This document shows positions 61,406 to 64,000 of a stretch of DNA of 64,000 bases, one piece after another; position 1 is the stretch's first letter, and every line of letters begins with the position of its first letter. Source of the stretch: Escherichia phage vB_EcoM_PHB13; the sequence record MK573636; one strand, written 5' to 3'. The notes under the pieces were generated by a model. It did no database searches, was not told the origin of the DNA, and saw nothing but the letters and a program-made list of their open reading frames with translations. The position numbers were made by a program, and so were the translations under genes.

Positions 61406-61434
61406 TTGACAGCACAAACCAGATAGACAATAAT
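61406..61434 (+). promoter_or_regulatory. sigma70-type early promoter cassette
   Basis: TTGACA-N17-(C)AATAAT followed by ACACACATACCAACTAAGGAGAATCAATT-ATG, a leader identical to the one at 24617-24645. Confidence 0.55.
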
Positions 61435-61463
61435 ACACACATACCAACTAAGGAGAATCAATT

Positions 61464-62219
61464 ATGAAACTGTTTGCTTTTAAATCTAACGAAGAATTGG
61501 CGCTGGTTGTTTTCCGTCTGAACTCTATCATGGCTGGTGCTTCACGTCGCAACAAAGACTTCTCTATGAGCTTAGTCACTGTGCGTAACATTTACCGACA
61601 GACTCATTGCGCCTATTCCGGTGAGGCTTTCGGTGAAGGTGATGATGGACTCTCCTTAGAGCGCATTGATTGCAATCTGGGATATGTTGATGGCAATGTA
61701 ATTCCGGTTAAACTGAAATACAATTCTTTCCGTGGCAATCACACTATCGAATCTCTTAAAGAGATCCAGGAACTAGGAACTAACGGTAAACTTTCTGATG
61801 ATGAAATTGCCCTACGTGCGAAGTACATCGAGTGGATCGAACTTAACGAGAATCGCATCAAAAATCAGGAAATGGCAATCGAAGAAAAGAAATTAGCAAT
61901 CGAGCGCCATAAAAAGCACAACGAACCGGAGAAAGCAGAGGCAGCCGAGCGAGCGATTAAAAATACTCTCTTCCGTATGGAAGAACGTTATCAGAAAATT
62001 GCAGATCTCAAGCAAGCCCTTAGCGAAATCAACAAGAAAGAAGAAAAACTTAAGGCTATTGCAAACAATACCGAAATCGTGCTAAAATATACCAGCGTTT
62101 TGATTGAATCTCTTTCTAAGTATGAGAACTTAACGCCAGCACAAAAAGAACGCGTGAAATACGGGCTTCCGATTGATGCGTCGTGGATTGAATTGATGAA
62201 AGCGAAGGTAGGTTTATAA
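61464..62219 (+). CDS. Srd-like protein (by synteny)
   Basis: 251 aa; position between the mod-like gene and dda.1/dda matches T4 srd (about 250 aa). Confidence 0.35.
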   Translation: MKLFAFKSNEELALVVFRLNSIMAGASRRNKDFSMSLVTVRNIYRQTHCAYSGEAFGEGDDGLSLERIDCNLGYVDGNVIPVKLKYNSFRGNHTIESLKEIQELGTNGKLSDDEIALRAKYIEWIELNENRIKNQEMAIEEKKLAIERHKKHNEPEKAEAAERAIKNTLFRMEERYQKIADLKQALSEINKKEEKLKAIANNTEIVLKYTSVLIESLSKYENLTPAQKERVKYGLPIDASWIELMKAKVGL

Positions 62220-62533
62220 TGCATGTATTTGCTGTATGTTATCGTGATAAAGACGGATTCTTTCAATACTCAGTGGACGCGAAGGGTCGCGTCCTAACTT
62301 GCGAAACACATGATGCTGCGTTAGCGTCAATGTGTGATCAGATAGATTATTGTGAGAGTCTATTGGCGGGTGAACCGAAATACAAGGTTGTACCTAAACG
62401 AAAATTTGGCATAATCCGGTCTTCTGAAATTGTTCGGGATGGTATCGAATATAAAATTCCTGAATATGAAAAAGAACGGGTACGGCGAGAACTCAATACT
62501 ATCTGTGTTCGCAAGGTGAGGATTTTAGGATAA
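62219..62533 (+). CDS. hypothetical protein (dda.1 position)
   Basis: 104 aa; ATGA overlaps at both ends. Confidence 0.4.
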   Translation: MHVFAVCYRDKDGFFQYSVDAKGRVLTCETHDAALASMCDQIDYCESLLAGEPKYKVVPKRKFGIIRSSEIVRDGIEYKIPEYEKERVRRELNTICVRKVRILG

Positions 62534-63924
62534 TGAGCAGAGTATTAACTTTCGATATGTTAACAGACGGGCAAAAACATGCTTTTGATGTTCTAATGAA
62601 ACGCATTGAACAAAAGAAGCATACAACTGTCCGTGGTGCGGCGGGTACTGGTAAAACCGCAATGATGAAATTCATTGTTCAGGAAATGGTCCGTCGTGGT
62701 GTAACTGGTGTGGTTTTGGCAACGCCTACCCACCAGGCTAAAAAAGTTTTGAGTAAAGCGGTAGGTCGTCAAGCATTTACTTTACATGCTTTATTGCGTC
62801 TTAATCCGACCAACTATGAAGATACTCAAGTATTTGAACAAAAAGATACTCCTAAGCTAGATGATGTTCAGATCATCATTGTTGATGAAGCGAGTATGGT
62901 CGATAAGAAGTTATTTGATATTCTCATGAAGAGTATCAACGGTCGAATTGTTGTTATTGCAGTTGGCGATCCGCACCAGTTACGACCAGTTGATCCAAGC
63001 GGTGCAACGTCAATTTCTCCTTTCTTCACGGATGAAAATTTTCAAAACGTGGAGTTGACAGAAATTAAACGATCTAATGCACCGATCATTGATGTGGCGA
63101 CCGCTGTCCGTAACGGTAAATGGGTATTCGAAAAGCAGTGCGGTAACGAGGGTGTATTCCATAGCTCAACTCTGCCGGAGTTTATGAAGCATTATTTCGA
63201 AACCGTTAAAACGCCGGAAGACCTTCTAGAAAACCGTATTCTGGCTTACACTAACAAGAGCGTCGAAAAACTCAATGAAATTGTGCGTAAGCGCGTTTAT
63301 AACACCGATGAACCCGTGATTGTAGATGAAATTCTGGTTACTCAGGAACCGTTGATCGAATATCTGCGAGATGAACGCGGGAAGAAAATTCCCAATGTTA
63401 TTTTTAACAATGGTGAGATGATCCGGGTTAAAGAGGTTATACCGCGTGAATTTACATTACGTTGCACGGGGGTAGATCCGCAACCAGTTTTAGGCTATAC
63501 TCTGAAAGTGGAAAGCGTCGATGATGACGAAGACAAAGAAATCCTAAATCAGAAAGTCGGTTTAGATGCAGTCGGAATCACTACAGATAAACCAGATTTA
63601 GTAGAAATCAACATTCTGACAGAACAACGTCAGAAGAACATTTTCTCTATCTATCTGAATACGGTCGCCGGACAATATCGCGAAATGAAGAAAGAGAATC
63701 CAAAATTTAAACCAGATTGGGATTCCTTCTGGACGATGAAACGTATGTTCTTGAATGTAAAAGCATTACCAGCTTGCACCATTCATAAGTCACAAGGGAT
63801 CAGCGTAGACCGCGTGTTCCTGTATACTCCTTGTATGTGTACAGACAATGTTGACTTTGAATTGGCAATGCAGTTATTATATGTGGGTGTTACCCGTGCG
63901 CGGTATCGAGTAGACTATATTTGA
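62533..63924 (+). CDS. dda: SF1 DNA helicase Dda
   Basis: 463 aa; Walker A GAAGTGKT, motif II IIVDEASM, conserved ATPTHQAKK and ELTEIKRSNAPIIDVATAVRNGKW regions closely matching T4 Dda. Confidence 0.85.
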   Translation: MSRVLTFDMLTDGQKHAFDVLMKRIEQKKHTTVRGAAGTGKTAMMKFIVQEMVRRGVTGVVLATPTHQAKKVLSKAVGRQAFTLHALLRLNPTNYEDTQVFEQKDTPKLDDVQIIIVDEASMVDKKLFDILMKSINGRIVVIAVGDPHQLRPVDPSGATSISPFFTDENFQNVELTEIKRSNAPIIDVATAVRNGKWVFEKQCGNEGVFHSSTLPEFMKHYFETVKTPEDLLENRILAYTNKSVEKLNEIVRKRVYNTDEPVIVDEILVTQEPLIEYLRDERGKKIPNVIFNNGEMIRVKEVIPREFTLRCTGVDPQPVLGYTLKVESVDDDEDKEILNQKVGLDAVGITTDKPDLVEINILTEQRQKNIFSIYLNTVAGQYREMKKENPKFKPDWDSFWTMKRMFLNVKALPACTIHKSQGISVDRVFLYTPCMCTDNVDFELAMQLLYVGVTRARYRVDYI

Positions 63925-63934
63925 GGAAATTATT

Positions 63935-64000
63935 ATGATTATGCGAAGTATCCCAGAATTTAATGATGTGACGGTAAGCCGTCACAATGGAACTGTTACC
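63935..64000 (+). CDS. start of a further early gene (truncated by the window end)
   Basis: ATG after AGGAAATTATT SD; open to the window edge (MIMRSIPEFNDVTVSRHNGTVT...). Confidence 0.3.
   Translation, partial: MIMRSIPEFNDVTVSRHNGTVT

Noticed and set aside
9197-61434. Repeated roughly 30-80 bp elements that might be mistaken for a CRISPR array or a transposon terminal-repeat family
   Set aside because: Copies are irregularly spaced, each contains a -35/-10 promoter and an SD, and each directly precedes an ORF; there are no uniform direct repeats with unique spacers and no transposase gene.
1-64000. Integrase, transposase, or attachment-site repeats that would mark a prophage or integrative element
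   Set aside because: No tyrosine/serine recombinase or DDE transposase motifs recognised; gene content and order are those of a lytic T4-like genome.

Overview
This window is a 64-kb segment of a T4-like (Tevenvirinae-type) myovirus genome. The minus strand at the left end carries part of the late baseplate operon (53, 5, 5.1, 5.4 and the N-terminal part of 6). Everything else is plus-strand and follows T4 synteny in reverse map order: 4, 2, 3, 1, 57A, 57B, a hyperplastic early region, tk, rI, a second hyperplastic region, dam, nrdC, 49, nrdD, nrdG, nrdH, 55, 47, 46, 45, 44, 62, regA, 43, uvsX, 40, 41, 61, 56-like, mod-like, srd-like and dda. Calls rest on motifs read from the translations, protein size and gene order; no database search was possible, and coordinates of sub-ORF features are approximate to within 1-2 bp. 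The most notable features are a family of more than 20 repeated early promoter/leader cassettes (PeSL-like), absence of the cytosine-modification genes at their T4 positions, two HNH endonuclease insertions, a non-T4 endolysin with a possible holin cassette, and a large P-loop NTPase inserted between nrdH and 55. No single clearly novel multi-gene system could be demonstrated from sequence alone; the candidates are listed as findings.
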